DNA of 64,000 bases from positions 7,316,001 to 7,380,000 of the forward strand of contig CM102287.1 of the NCBI GenBank assembly GCA_046563655.1, written 5' to 3'. Both the position numbers and the translations under genes were made by a program. Of this stretch, positions 1 through 11,785 are shown piece after piece. This DNA is from Yuukianura sp. NJ FZ-2021 (lineage: Eukaryota). The first letter of the stretch is position 1; every line of letters starts with the position of its first letter. Under the pieces are notes generated by a model that searched no databases, was not told the DNA's origin, and worked only from the letters and a program-made list of their open reading frames with translations.

Positions 1-531
1 TAACAATGGCGTTTTTCGCCTTTTAACGTTTGACCAAAGTAATGCTCCAGAAGGAAGGACAATGTAAGAACTTTCCTTACCTCCTTTTCAAACTCCAGGT
101 TTCAAAATTTCAAAATTTTCTGGAATTTCAGGGTTTGTTTCCAACTTTTGGAGAATGAGAACATGATGAGTCAGGAGAAATCGCTTCAAATCCTCAGCGC
201 CCCCGACATCCAAGATATCTTTCTAAAACATTCATTTGCTGAGCAAATTCAAAAGGTCAGACCCAAATAATTCAAAAATTCAATACATTTTAGCAGTTTT
301 TAGACGTACCTTCAAAATTTTGAAAACGTCGTTATGAAATTGTCATTTTCTTGAAAACAGGGATGTCCGCAGCGACCTCAAGGTCCAGCGAAGTTGACGC
401 TGGCAGGATCCCCAGGGAGGTTCTGGGTAGAAACTTCGCTGGTCGGAATCGCTTCCGTAGTGGCAATCGCTACGCTCTCGTTCATTACCATTCTGTGCCT
501 TGTGAACAGAAACAAAGTAGAAAAACTGTGA
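1..531 (+). CDS. 3' end of a type I single-pass membrane protein of unknown family (truncated by window start)
   Basis: Exons about 1-62, 132-255 and 361-531 join through GT-AG introns in one frame (...NNGVFRLLTFDQSNAPEGRTMVCFQLLENE...EQIQK|GCPQRPQGP...). They end in a hydrophobic stretch (LVGIASVVAIATLSFITILCLV), a short basic tail (NRNKVEKL) and TGA at 529-531. Confidence 0.7.
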
Positions 532-997
532 CCTGTTTCCAAAACCTAAAATATAACAACAACAGTAATCGATTAATCAATTAAAATATTTTATGAAATA
601 TGCATATATAGATAAAAAAAACCAAATAAGTACCGATTTTATATTTATTCAGAATAAATCCTCCTATATTTACATTTACATAATAAAGTAAATTCATCTG
701 ATAAATTGAAATCCTGTCATAAGATTCACTACATTAATAAACTCAAGGTTAACGTTTAGGCAAAAAATGCATAACAAAATGAAGGAAGGAACAAAAAGAA
801 ACAAGGCTTGGAGCCGAATGTTAGGACGTTAAGGGCCTAAAATTTTCCAGGAACATTGGAAAAACGGGAGAAAAAAAAGTCAAGTTTTAACATTTTCAAT
901 ACATTTAGTACATTTAAAACAAAGGTCAAGTTGGCTAAACACTTTAAGTCTAAATATAGGGACAATTTTCTGCAAAATTTAAAATTCTAGAAATAGT

Positions 998-3900
998 TTA
1001 GTCAAATTTAATTGAGTTTACGGCGATAGAAATATTTCCGCCACGATAGCTCCCACGCTTTTTCTTCGTCTTTTCATGGCGAAACGATTTCCCTTTAGTA
1101 AACTTCAAATCCTGGTTAGCTTTTTCACCCCAACATCCTCTCGCACCTTTCTAAAAAGTACAGAAAACAGAGATTATACATCAATCGATTAATTATAAAC
1201 TTAATTAAATCTAAACAACCCAGTTGATGACAAAACCAGGAAGCTATGAATAACTCTTGGTAATGGACAACAAATGACCGGTAAAATTGAAATTGTCTCT
1301 GGAATCTTGAAACATTGCACAATTTTTACACAACGTTTTTTCAAGATTCAAGACTTTGGTATCGGCCTTAAGGGAAAGATATGTTGGTAATCGACAGTAC
1401 CAACATATGGCAAAAAGGCCCCAGAGTAATTAGTATTAAAATTAACAATGATTAGTATAACCACTTCGGTTTCGGACTTACATGAATGTCTAAAAAAGTA
1501 AAGTGCGGATTTCGATTGCCCCGGAAAACTTAGTCGAAAGTGACTTTCTTATTCTGTGGTGGCGCTTCGCTATCAAACCCTCCGCTCTTCCTTGGATTCG
1601 CTCCGAACCCGCCACGTCCTCGGCCACCTCCTCCTCTTGGACCACCGCGACCACCACCACGCCCGCCGCCACGACCTCCTCCTCCACCCGACGGACAGTC
1701 AAAGCTCATGTGACCCTCTTGACCACATTTAAAGCATCCTGATCCTCTACCTCCACCGCCACCACCTCCACTTGGACATTCACGACTGATGTGGCCTTGT
1801 TCACCACATTTGAAGCAGCCTGAACCTCCTCCGGAGTTTCGGTCACCTCCTCCTCCACGGCCACCGAATCCTCCTCTTCCTCCGCGCCCACCTCGAAATC
1901 CTCCTCCTCCACCGCCAGAAGCTTCTTCGTTAGGACATTCTCGAGCAAAGTGCCCAGTTTGTTGACACTTTAGAACACAAAACGAAGACTTTGAAGATTT
2001 GATTCCACATTATAGTCGATTTTTCTCGTTCATACCTTGAAGCAAGTTGAATTGCCACCGAAACCACCAGCTCCACCGGGAGAATCACGACCTCTGAAAC
2101 TTCCGCGTCCACGATCTCCACCGCCTCTTCCTCCCCTACCACCTCTTCCTCGGAAACCTCCTGCGTCACCACCCTGCAATTTGCAACATAGTGCGTCAAT
2201 ATTAATTTATGGACAAAGTTATGTAAAAATTATCATTAGCCGCTGCATCGTTACCAAGCTATTCAAAACAAGGTTTCAAAAGGTCAATCCAAATTACACT
2301 GATATAGTACACTTACTCCCAAAATACAGGGCAGTGACGCAGGAGATCCGCTAGATCGTTCGATTTTGAAACATGAGGCTAACTTAAACTTAAGATTACT
2401 TGAAAGAAAATGAAAACTAATTTATACTTTTCCGGACCAAGAGTTATCGATAACCCCCATGGTTTGTCATCAATGAGTTTTCTTTTTCAAAAATACCGTA
2501 AAAACTCACTTTTGCTTCAAATGAATTGTCCCTCAACCTGTCGTCAACTACAATCTCCTCTGCTTTGACACGCCGAAATGGCGTTTTTTGACCTTTACCC
2601 TTGTCCTGGAGAACATTAAGCATTTAAGTCACACTTTGACTTCACAGTACCTGCTTCAGCTTCAGCCAGCATCAGCAAACGCTTGTAAGCAACGTGCAGC
2701 GGGCGATTTGTTCGAAATTATTAAGAAAGAATGAAAAAAAATGGACTAACCTTATTGAAACTGTTGTTTCCAAATGATTTGTTGAATGACGAGTCTCCCT
2801 CTTCAGCGTCAACGTTCTTTTCCGTCTTTTGCTTCTTTGCAACAGGGGCTTCTTCTTCGTCATCATCATCTTCTTCGTCAGAGGATTCTTTCTTAGCAGC
2901 AGCCTTTGCTGGAGCAGGTTTGGCTGGAGCCTTAGCTGCTGGTTTTGTGTCCTCTTCTTCGTCTGACGATTCTTCTTCTGAGGATGATTCCTTTTTGGCT
3001 AAGGGAGCCGCTTTAGCATTAACAGCGGCCTTAACAGGAGCCTTAGCCGCTGGCTTGGCTGGTGCTTCGTCTTCATCTGAAGAGTCCTCCTCCGATGAAG
3101 ACTCTTTCTTGGCAGCAGCTTTAGCAGCAGGCTTGGCCGCAACTGCAGCGGGTTTTGCTGGGGCCTTTGCGGCTGGCTTGGCTGGTGGCTCTTCATCAGA
3201 TGAATCTTCCTCCGATGATGATTCTTTCTTGGCAGCAGCTTTAGCAGCAGGCTTTGCCGGAACTGGAGCGGGTTTTGCTGGAGCCTTTGCAGCGGGTTTT
3301 GCCTCTTCTTCATCCGAAGAATCTTCTTCGGAAGAGGATTCCTTCTTCGCAGCAGGTTTTGGAGCTACAACTGGCTTTTGTGCTGCTGGTGCTTTAGCAG
3401 GTACTTTGGCGGCTGGCTTAGCCTCCTCTTCATCAGATGACTCTTCTTCAGATGAAGATTCTTTCTTGGCTACTGGCTTCTTCGCAGCGACTGGAGCCTG
3501 TTTTACAGGTGAAGCAGCTTTCACCGGTGACTTCGCTGCAGGTTTGGCTTCTTCTTCTGACGATTCTTCGGATGATGATGACTCCTTTTTAGCCACTGGT
3601 GCTTTTGCTGGTGGTTTAGCTACTGGCTTTACAGGAGTCTTTACTGGAACCTTCTCTTCCTCTTCTGACGATTCTTCTTCTGATGAGTCATCTTGTTTAG
3701 CCTTCTTAGCTGTTCCATTCGTAACACCTTGCGCGCTTATCCTACGCTTTAGCGGAGCATTTCTGTAGAAAAAGATAATCAAATTGAAGAACTTTGGTGG
3801 TAATGAGTGAGATGTAATGGAGATGATGTTCATAAATTCAACTTACGTCTGATAATGTGAGAATACGTCGGCAAGGGTGGCAGATCCCTTCGGTAGGTTT

Positions 3901-4147
3901 GCCTAAAATATTCAGTTCATGAATTGAGCAATATCGAATACAAAATGTGAATTGTCTTATTAAACTTAAGGATTGGTTAAAAAAAATTGGTTCGGTAACA
4001 CAACCAAGTTGGTTTCAACTTTCAAGTTTCAAATACAATCCTTTAGAAACTTACCGGATTCACCTCCTTCTTGAAAGCATTTGCAAGGGTTCCAGCCTTT
4101 TGTTTCAAATACTCGTAAACGAGTCCAGCCAATCCTGGGTCTTCCAT
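998..4147 (-). CDS. Nopp140: Nopp140/NOLC1 nucleolar phosphoprotein, canonical SRP40_C isoform (exons 4055-4147, 3847-3902, 2751-3762, 2510-2605, 998-1150)
   Basis: LisH-like N-terminus ([21 protein letters not shown]) and a central region alternating Ser/acidic and K/A/P repeats. The SRP40_C domain is split over two exons: [24 protein letters not shown] | [50 protein letters not shown]. Exon phases are consistent. Confidence 0.93.
1530..2173 (-). CDS. Nopp140: Alternative Nopp140 C-terminal exons (2036-2173, 1530-1967): RGG-rich tail with three CCHC zinc knuckles
   Basis: Both exons are phase 0 with ttgcag/ctaaag acceptors. Translation: [15 protein letters not shown]...[17 protein letters not shown]...[15 protein letters not shown]...[15 protein letters not shown]...RGGGRGG...QNKKVTFD*. 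This frame has no ATG before the knuckles and is absent from the ORF track. Confidence 0.85.
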
Positions 4148-4149
4148 CG

Positions 4150-5265
4150 AATGTCTGCTGTATCGGTGGTTGATTAATCGGAGTACAAATTAGGAATTTA
4201 TGACAAAGCAATATGAAAATATATAAAATTCCACACTTCAATCAAATCCAGAAATTGGAATCACCTCCTTCTCTTACGTGTTCTGAATAGGAAAGAACTC
4301 GACTCACGAATTCCGCATGGGCGCATGCATCAATAGCATGAAAAGATGAGGCACAGAAAACGCACGCGGAGCACGTTGCTTTTCCGCATTTATTTTTTCA
4401 ATTATAAAACAACACTGTTGCTTGGTGCGCTCTCCGGTTTTTTGCCGCTCATCTGACTAGCTCGGTTACAAATTCTAAATAGCTAGTAAAAGCATCAACT
4501 TTTAGTTACAATGCCGGAATAGTACCCGCCACGTAGAAAGTTCAATATAAGTATGTAGGTCATTAAGTTTAGTATTCACATTATTTTCCATTTTTACGAG
4601 CGACACATTTCATCGGTTAGCCGGTTCGGTTGCCAATATTGCGCCCGCCGAAACGACAGTTGTGGTGAAACCACATGCTAGACCGAACTAAAGAGCGGCC
4701 GCGAAGGCGCCAAAGTTGAAAAGGTAAACAAACGGAAATGAATTGAAAATTAAATTAAATTCAATTCTTGCCATCAAGCCCAGCTGTAACATAAGCAGTT
4801 TAAGTCCCGTTATGACGGGACTAATTTTTAAAAGTACTGTGGGACGGTTTTAAGATTTGTTATTCAATTTCAATCGTTAAGTGTTTTCCGAAAAAGTAAG
4901 AGAAAGTGATCTCGACCATCTTGCACGAGACGGGAGAGGCGACTGCTTTTCCGACGTTTTGCTCTAAAAAGGTTCATTCACGTCTCAAGATCATTAATCT
5001 TTAAAGTTTATGTTACGTTTATTTTCTAAATTTTATTTTTGTGTGTGTTTGATTTCCCAATAGCCAGGGCCCAGGGCCTTCTGAATATCTGAATCTGATA
5101 TTCCGGACTTGGCTCCACCGTTGCTAACTGGCTGTGGCTACTTAACATCAACTGAATCATTGAACGTCCACGGGGTTTACGTTTATGAATTCCTATTTCG
5201 TCCGTTTTTGGTGCCGCCAGTTACTGACAGATTCTTAACTTTTGGTCCTCTTCTCATTGGACAAC
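4150..5265. promoter_or_regulatory. Divergent (head-to-head) promoter/5'UTR region between Nopp140 and RMI1
   Basis: Start codons at 4147 (-) and 5266 (+) face away from each other about 1.1 kb apart. No specific motif is asserted. Confidence 0.45.
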
Positions 5266-7758
5266 ATGTCTTCTGCGCGTTCCCAATCGGGCAACCGATT
5301 CGACGTATTAAAAGAACGGATGGTACAGAGCAGACTCACTTATACGGATGAGTGGCTTTCAGCTTGTTACGAATGGCTGACACAGGAAGCGCCTCCTGAG
5401 GTACAAACGTTGTAGAATCTAATCTAAAAAAACACAGTCGTACAACAGGAAGTTCAAGTTCGGTTGGAGCAGAACAAAACTAACGTGTCGTGCATCTTTT
5501 CAGGGTGTTTCGGTGGATGATCTTCAAAATCAAGTTTACGACCAATGGCTAGAGGCAAATCTTGAGGAGATGGAAAGCCGATGTCTACCTCTGAACTTGA
5601 AGGACGAGAGACTGAAAATTCTGACTGGGACTTTCACTCTTCAGGTAGTTGAGTTATAGCCGTAACTTGCTGTGTTTCAGTAATACATTTCCATTGTGTC
5701 GCATGTTAATTTTTTCATTTTGTGTTGTCTAAAGGTGAACTCGGTTCAGGATGTAGGAGAATCGGCGTTTAGTCAATACAACAAATTGAAAAAACTGGAG
5801 AACGAGAATACCAACGTTCAAGCAAAAGATAGTACTGACATTCCACCCTGGCAGCCGAAGCCGAGGAGGGCTCTTTATCTCACCATGACTGACGGCACTC
5901 AAAAAGTGTTTGGGTTAGAGGTAGAACCAATACCCAAATTATCACTGGAAATGAAGCCAGGTTGTAAGGTACATTTGTCACGTTATGCTTTGTGCTCATC
6001 TAGAATGCAAATGTAAACTAACGTTTCGTGTAAATCAAATCAGATTCTCGTGTATGGGCCTGTTGATTGTCGTCGTGGAGTTCTTCACTTGAAGCCGAAG
6101 CACGTGAAGCCGATGGGAGGTGAAGTGGAAGCGTACCTCACCCAGCATTCTGTGGAAAGCACTATTTGCAAAATTCTGTAAGTACGGCGGAATGTAATTG
6201 CTGTATGGTGCCAGTAGCAAGTATTCTTCCACTCCACTTAAACGCATCTCATCTTCTTACTTCTAAATTGAGATATGCTTTCATTTTAATTGACAAAGGA
6301 TTTGTTGATTTAGGAACAAACCCCTGCCTAGTTCATCGTCTCAGCAATCTCAAACGCAAGACTTACCCGGCCCATTCGGCTCGCAATCGCAACCTCTCAC
6401 GGCCTTACCATCGACAGGCCAACCTACTCCATCCCGGTATCCTTCAGCATCTTCAACTAATACTCAAGCATCCTTTCACAATCGAACAACTCAAGATATC
6501 GGATCATCTTTCCAAAATCGAACAACTCAAGCTATCGGATCACAGAACCAACGAACAATAACTCAATCACAACCACAACCTCCGCCTTCCACCGATTTCG
6601 ACGACTCTGACGATGATCAGTTGTTTTTAGATATCGACGAAACAGTTCTCATCGCTGCAGCCAGTTCCACCACAAATTGTTTGTCCACGCAACCCTTTAG
6701 TACTCATGCGACAGGAAGTGGAAACCAAACTCCAGCAAATAGCCGAACAACAACAGTTAAACCTACTTCAGCTAATGCACAACCCAAGTCAAAGTCCAAT
6801 ATATGGCTACCACCACTAAAACGGAATGCAGTACTGCCGAATACAAATAATACGGTGCCTCGAACTGGACATTCAAACAGTGTAGCACCAGCACCAACAC
6901 CAGAAACAACGAAAAAATCAAAAAATGCAAAACCGAAAGCAGTTCTGTCTTATCTCAAAAAACAGAAGCCAGCAAGCAGGACAAATTCAAATTCCGGGTT
7001 TAATTCAAGTGACGACGACTTGTTTCTGCTGGATGAAAACAATTTCGGCACAGAGATAGCTCCGTCATCAACCAAACCAAATGGAAAACCGCCCGTTGTG
7101 GCGCCAAGGCCGACTTCACCAGAACTGATTACCTTGGACGACGACGATGACTTCATTCGGGATACCAGGCACCCTCAATCAACGCCTAAAACTGCTTCAA
7201 ATCGGTGTAAGTTGATGGTGCTGCCGGCTGCTCCGTACCAATACATCAAACAAGTGAAGACTGGCCAAATCAAAATGGGGAGCACAGTGTTTGTCAAAGC
7301 AATCATCTCCACAATGGTGTCCAACATTCAAGTAGACAAGACCAGCGGAGAATGGAAACTTATTGTGAATATCAACGATGGTTCTGGATTTCTCGTGGCT
7401 CGAATTGCTGCACCAGTGAGTTTAACTGAACACAACTTTTACACTTTTAGATAGTTGCAGTAGACGAAAGACATTGTATTGACAGCACATTTAAAAACAA
7501 TCTTTGATTCAGGTCCTGGATAAGATCATTGGATTCACTCCGTCTCAGATGAAGTCACTCAAAGCCTCAAAAGTTCCAAAAGAAAAAGAAAAGGTTATTA
7601 GCGGTATGCAGCAATTGTCCAAAACGTTGGTGCATTTCTCCGGAGTTATGAAGATTATGACCAGTGCAAATGAAAATGTAATTCTGGAGATGCGTGACAT
7701 GACAAACGACCATATCCATGACTTGGTGACAAGGACATCACAGTTGCCTGCACCGTGA
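5266..7758 (+). CDS. RMI1: RecQ-mediated genome instability protein 1
   Basis: Spliced N-terminus DEWLSACYEWL...QVYDQWLEANL; OB-fold 1 (VNSVQDVGES...KPRRALYLTMTDGTQKVFGLEVEPIP...PGCK|ILVYGPVDCRRGVLHL); a disordered linker; C-terminal OB (PYQYIK...VKAII...EWKLIVNINDGSG...|VLDKIIGFT). Confidence 0.9.
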
Positions 7759-7911
7759 CGACATTCTGTCTTCCGAGACTGACTGCTCATTAGATATTAC
7801 TGGACATGATCCATATTGCGAATTGTTATTTATTGTATTTGAACTGTATTTTAAATTTTTGATATTTACGGCTGTTGATAACTTTCCGGAAAGAAATTAA
7901 AAGAAAGAAGA

Positions 7912-10671
7912 CTAAACTGAACCTAGCGAAGGAACAGAATCAATTTGGAGGCTGAGAGACAAGTCATCTATTGAGGTCACTGTTGAGCTTGACTTGGAAT
8001 CCTGCGAACATAAGTTGTCACTTAAAAGGAGAGGTAACGTCTGGTACTCTCTTGTCGGTTTTTCGATTTTCACGATTCTGAAAAGAGTGGAGGTGGTAAG
8101 TGATTTCGTTTTTACAGCGAAATGATTAGCCAATTCTTCGACACTTTTTACGGATAATGAATTCGTTTTCAATTTCGAAGAATTTTGAGATAGTACCTGT
8201 AAGCAGGGGCGTATGAATTGGAGGTTAGTTTGACGTTGCTACTTGATTCTACACTTCCCTTTAGTTTGTACGTCATCATGAGTGTCGCCAGTTTATTCTC
8301 CAGCTTATCCACATTTTGCTCCACAGTCTTATGATAGTCAATTACTCTGCGTTTGTATGAATTTCCTAAACCCAGTACTCCGCCAAGACCAAGTGCTGTC
8401 GTCACACGATCCATTGGATCCTAAATATTAAAAACCGGTTAGATTCGTATCAAAAACATCTTGTTAAAGTTGTTAACTTTAAGTGTTTTTCATCAACTGC
8501 TTACCAGAAACCCGTGGGATATCCCTGCTACTTCCTTCTCTGCTGCACTTTTCAAATGTGTTGCCAACTTCTCGTAATGAGATTCCAAAACTTCCGATAG
8601 AACTTCTATCACTGGTAAGGTGGCTTCTACAAATTCAAGATCAAATTATACTTTTTGCATAATGTCCACCAACTTTTTATGCTACTGAATTCATAGAATC
8701 TAATGGTTATTTATTATTTAGATTTACGTGTGAATCCAGAATGTGCAAGAAAATCACAGATGCCAAGAGATAGTGCCTCTTTGAGTGAATTCTTCTCCAG
8801 TGGAACCGTAAAAACTGGATTTTTTGAAAATACATTGCGACTAACGGGTTTCAGTTGAGGCCGCTTCCCAATATCCAGTAAAACATGGTCAGTCTTGAAC
8901 GTTTGAATCTTTCGCTAAAATACCAAAAACGTCAGAATTAAATTAAAAGTAAACTCTGTCGATAAAAATACATAATCTAAGCGTTGTGATTTACAAACAG
9001 TCCATAACTTAAAAGTTTTAAGTTAAAACTCACTTCTATCTCTCGAGCGTAAGCAAGAAGTTCAATAGTATGGCGGAAAACATCACCGGTAGTCCCCCCT
9101 CCCGAACCTTCGACAGTATTTGAAACTGGCAGTGCTTGAGTATATCGATTCACGAGAATCATGGATGGATGTTCAAGTGACGATTTTCTGCCTGAGAGGA
9201 ACACGGGCGAACTAGGCTTTTGGTGGTTCTGGCGAGACTTTTCAGCTAATAACTGTTGGCAGTGGCACGATAGAGTTTCCTCTTCCAGCGGCAGAGGTTG
9301 AGCAGAATCCTTTTCATCGAAATCGTTAACAGAAGTACCAAGCTTTGCCAGTGCTCGAAGGCTTGTGGTTAGTGGAATGGATGATGGCAAATTCATAGTT
9401 TCGTTAACGAGTTCACTTTGGTTTGTGGCTGTTCGAGGTTCCTTTTGTAATGTTCCATGTTTTAACGCATACGCGGCAGTGAGAAGCGAAAGTCTATGTA
9501 AAAACAACAAACCACCACAATTAAATATCATGATCTGTCAACCAATTGTGATGTAAACACAGTAAGTTTTGTGCGTGACTTACCCGGATTCAGTAATTGT
9601 GCGATGAACACTGGTAAATCGAAACTTTTCTCTCGTTCTTCTGCACTTGAAGGTGATTCCAGGACGAATTTTATACTTCCGTTGTAGTACGAGCACTCGA
9701 TGTCTGGATTTTAACTTCTTTCTGGGTACTTCCTTCAATTGTGCTTTTGTTAACACCGGCTTCTTGTTACCGAAGCTGCCGACATCTACTTCCTTGTCAT
9801 GAGCGACAGTGTCGGAGTCTGAGGTTGGTTGACATGATGTTTCATTCAGACTTGTGTCGTTATCTCCTGTGCTGGCGTTGCTTTCTTCTTTCAAAGGAAA
9901 TTCGGGGATTACTTCTTTTTGACACTGCGAGTTCGCCGAGCTAACTTTCGTATCCGACTTCCCTAAATGTCCAAACTTGTTATCACGATGGCATTGCTTT
10001 CTAAGTCGTCGCTGAGTCGTCAATTGTGTCCTGAGCACATCCTTAGCCGATGAATTTCGTGGTTTCACCATCCAGGCTTTCTTCTTGAGTAAAATTGAAG
10101 CGTCGAGCTTCTTCACATTTTCCAGAATACTGTTCAAACGTGCTTCCCTATGTGAATTCAGTATTTCCGATTCCTCTTCCTTCCCTGGAAGTTGCGACTT
10201 TAGAAAATTCCTTTGGGTCCTCTCCAAAACCTGATATGGCGAAGGAACATCGCTGCAATCAGTTCGTAATAGATCTCTTAGTCCATCGGCTTCAAGATGA
10301 AGATCCGGCAGAGATAAAACTACCGGATTTTGAGCAATCAGCGATTCCAAGATTCGTGACTGAACTTCCGAAGCCGATGTCGTATGTGTTGGCTTTACAT
10401 GACTTGAGTATTGTTTCTCTGAAGTCTTCAGTAGGGCTAAGTTCAGCGGTTCAAGAATAGACTGTAATTGGTGGGATCTTAGCGAATTCTTGGGAACAGG
10501 ACTTGGCGTAACAACGGATGTGCTTTGTGTCTGAATATTTATAGCAAGTTTTGGAAGTCTGTTGTAAATTAGCCGAATATCTTGCCCCGAAGATGATCTT
10601 GCAGATGCTGATGCAGAGTTTTGTCCTTGTAGCAAATTAGTTTGTGATGTATTCTCGTCTTCGACTTCCAT
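7912..10671 (-). CDS. SUPT7L: SUPT7L / STAGA complex 65-gamma-like histone-fold (BTP) protein with a long N-terminal extension
   Basis: Exons encode LGICDFLAHSGFT|EATLPVIEVLSEVLESHYEKL...|DPMDRVTTALGLGGVLGLGNSYKRRVIDYH, resembling the SUPT7L BTP region, with FRHTIELL upstream. The 9580-10671 ORF splices in frame (GG|A) to the next exon, and the last intron (about 8145-8196) is in frame to the stop at 7912. The true start may lie further upstream. Confidence 0.7.
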
Positions 10672-11785
10672 CTTTAGATGACCTCAGGGATCCAGTATCT
10701 TCTGACTCTGACTTCCTGTCAAAGATTATAAGAAAAATAGGAAATGAAACAAAATATGTAATGATTTGATAAAATGGGCATTTAGTTATACACTTGGCCT
10801 TCATAACTTAACTTACTGAAAATTTTTGTGTGAAAAGTAACTGCAACTCAAAATTGATTTGCTAAACAAAATTAAACAACTCGCTTTAAAATTCAATTGA
10901 AAATCTTTCGACCAAAAGTAAAAGTAAACAAACAAAACAAGCAAAAACCTAATGAATTGAATCAGCTGTGCCTGTGAGTACCACATTTTAACCAGAAGAT
11001 GGTACAACAGGGACATGAGACATAACGGTATGACGCTTTATGTAAAAATTGCATAATCTTCATAACTTATTAGGTTTATGGCAAATCTTTACAACTGGAT
11101 AAGTGGAATTATAGCAAATTATTATAATTTATTAATTTGAAAATTTACCTTGTTTGACACATTTTTTTAAAAGTGTTATACCTTTTCCAATTTATATTTT
11201 TCGTGCACCATGCTCTAATTTCATCATGTGTCCAAGTCCTAGGAATTTGACCTTCGGCTTTAGTAATTAAATATTATTCAACACCATATTGTAATTGCTT
11301 GTAATCTTCACAATTAACGCAAAACCTCCATTAGTGTTAATCAACTGCAATTAACTAATTAACCCGTGCATTTCTAACCATAGATCATCAATAGCACAAG
11401 TAATCGCTGTATGATGTCATTAGAGGAGACTATGGCTGGTTTGGACAAGTTCCACGCCAAACTTCCAGCGTATACGGGCGACGAAATATCACTTTGTGCT
11501 TAGAATTTCCGGTTAGTTGATGTTGTTCTACCTTGTAAAACTACTGCCTCATACTTCACTGGTCAAATTAGTTGTCAATTTGCCATTGTCATTGTCAATT
11601 TCATAATCTAGAAGATAGATTAAAAATATTCTGTCAAATTCAAGCCAATATCAATATCGGCCTCCTTTTGTAAACTAAAAACTGATTGACTAAAAATTGA
11701 AAAGAATAAGTTGATCATTCAACAACATTTGTTTCATTTTGACAAAAAAAAATTCACAGTGGCAGCGTGTAATCCCTTGTTAGGC

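Noticed and set aside
1490..2354. ORF-track E/V-rich, T/S-rich and Pro-rich ORFs
   Set aside because: They are alternative frames or antisense of the RGG/CCHC exons.
2400..2480. Candidate intronic C/D snoRNA (TGATGA on the minus strand near 2470)
   Set aside because: No matching D box or terminal stem was found at a suitable distance.
2651..2700. Possible extra mini-exon in a Nopp140 intron (gtac donor at 2650)
   Set aside because: It has a weak acceptor and a length incompatible with the flanking phase-0 exons.
2731..3768. 345 aa + strand ORF (Ser/Ala/Gly-rich)
   Set aside because: It is the antisense shadow of the repetitive Nopp140 exon.
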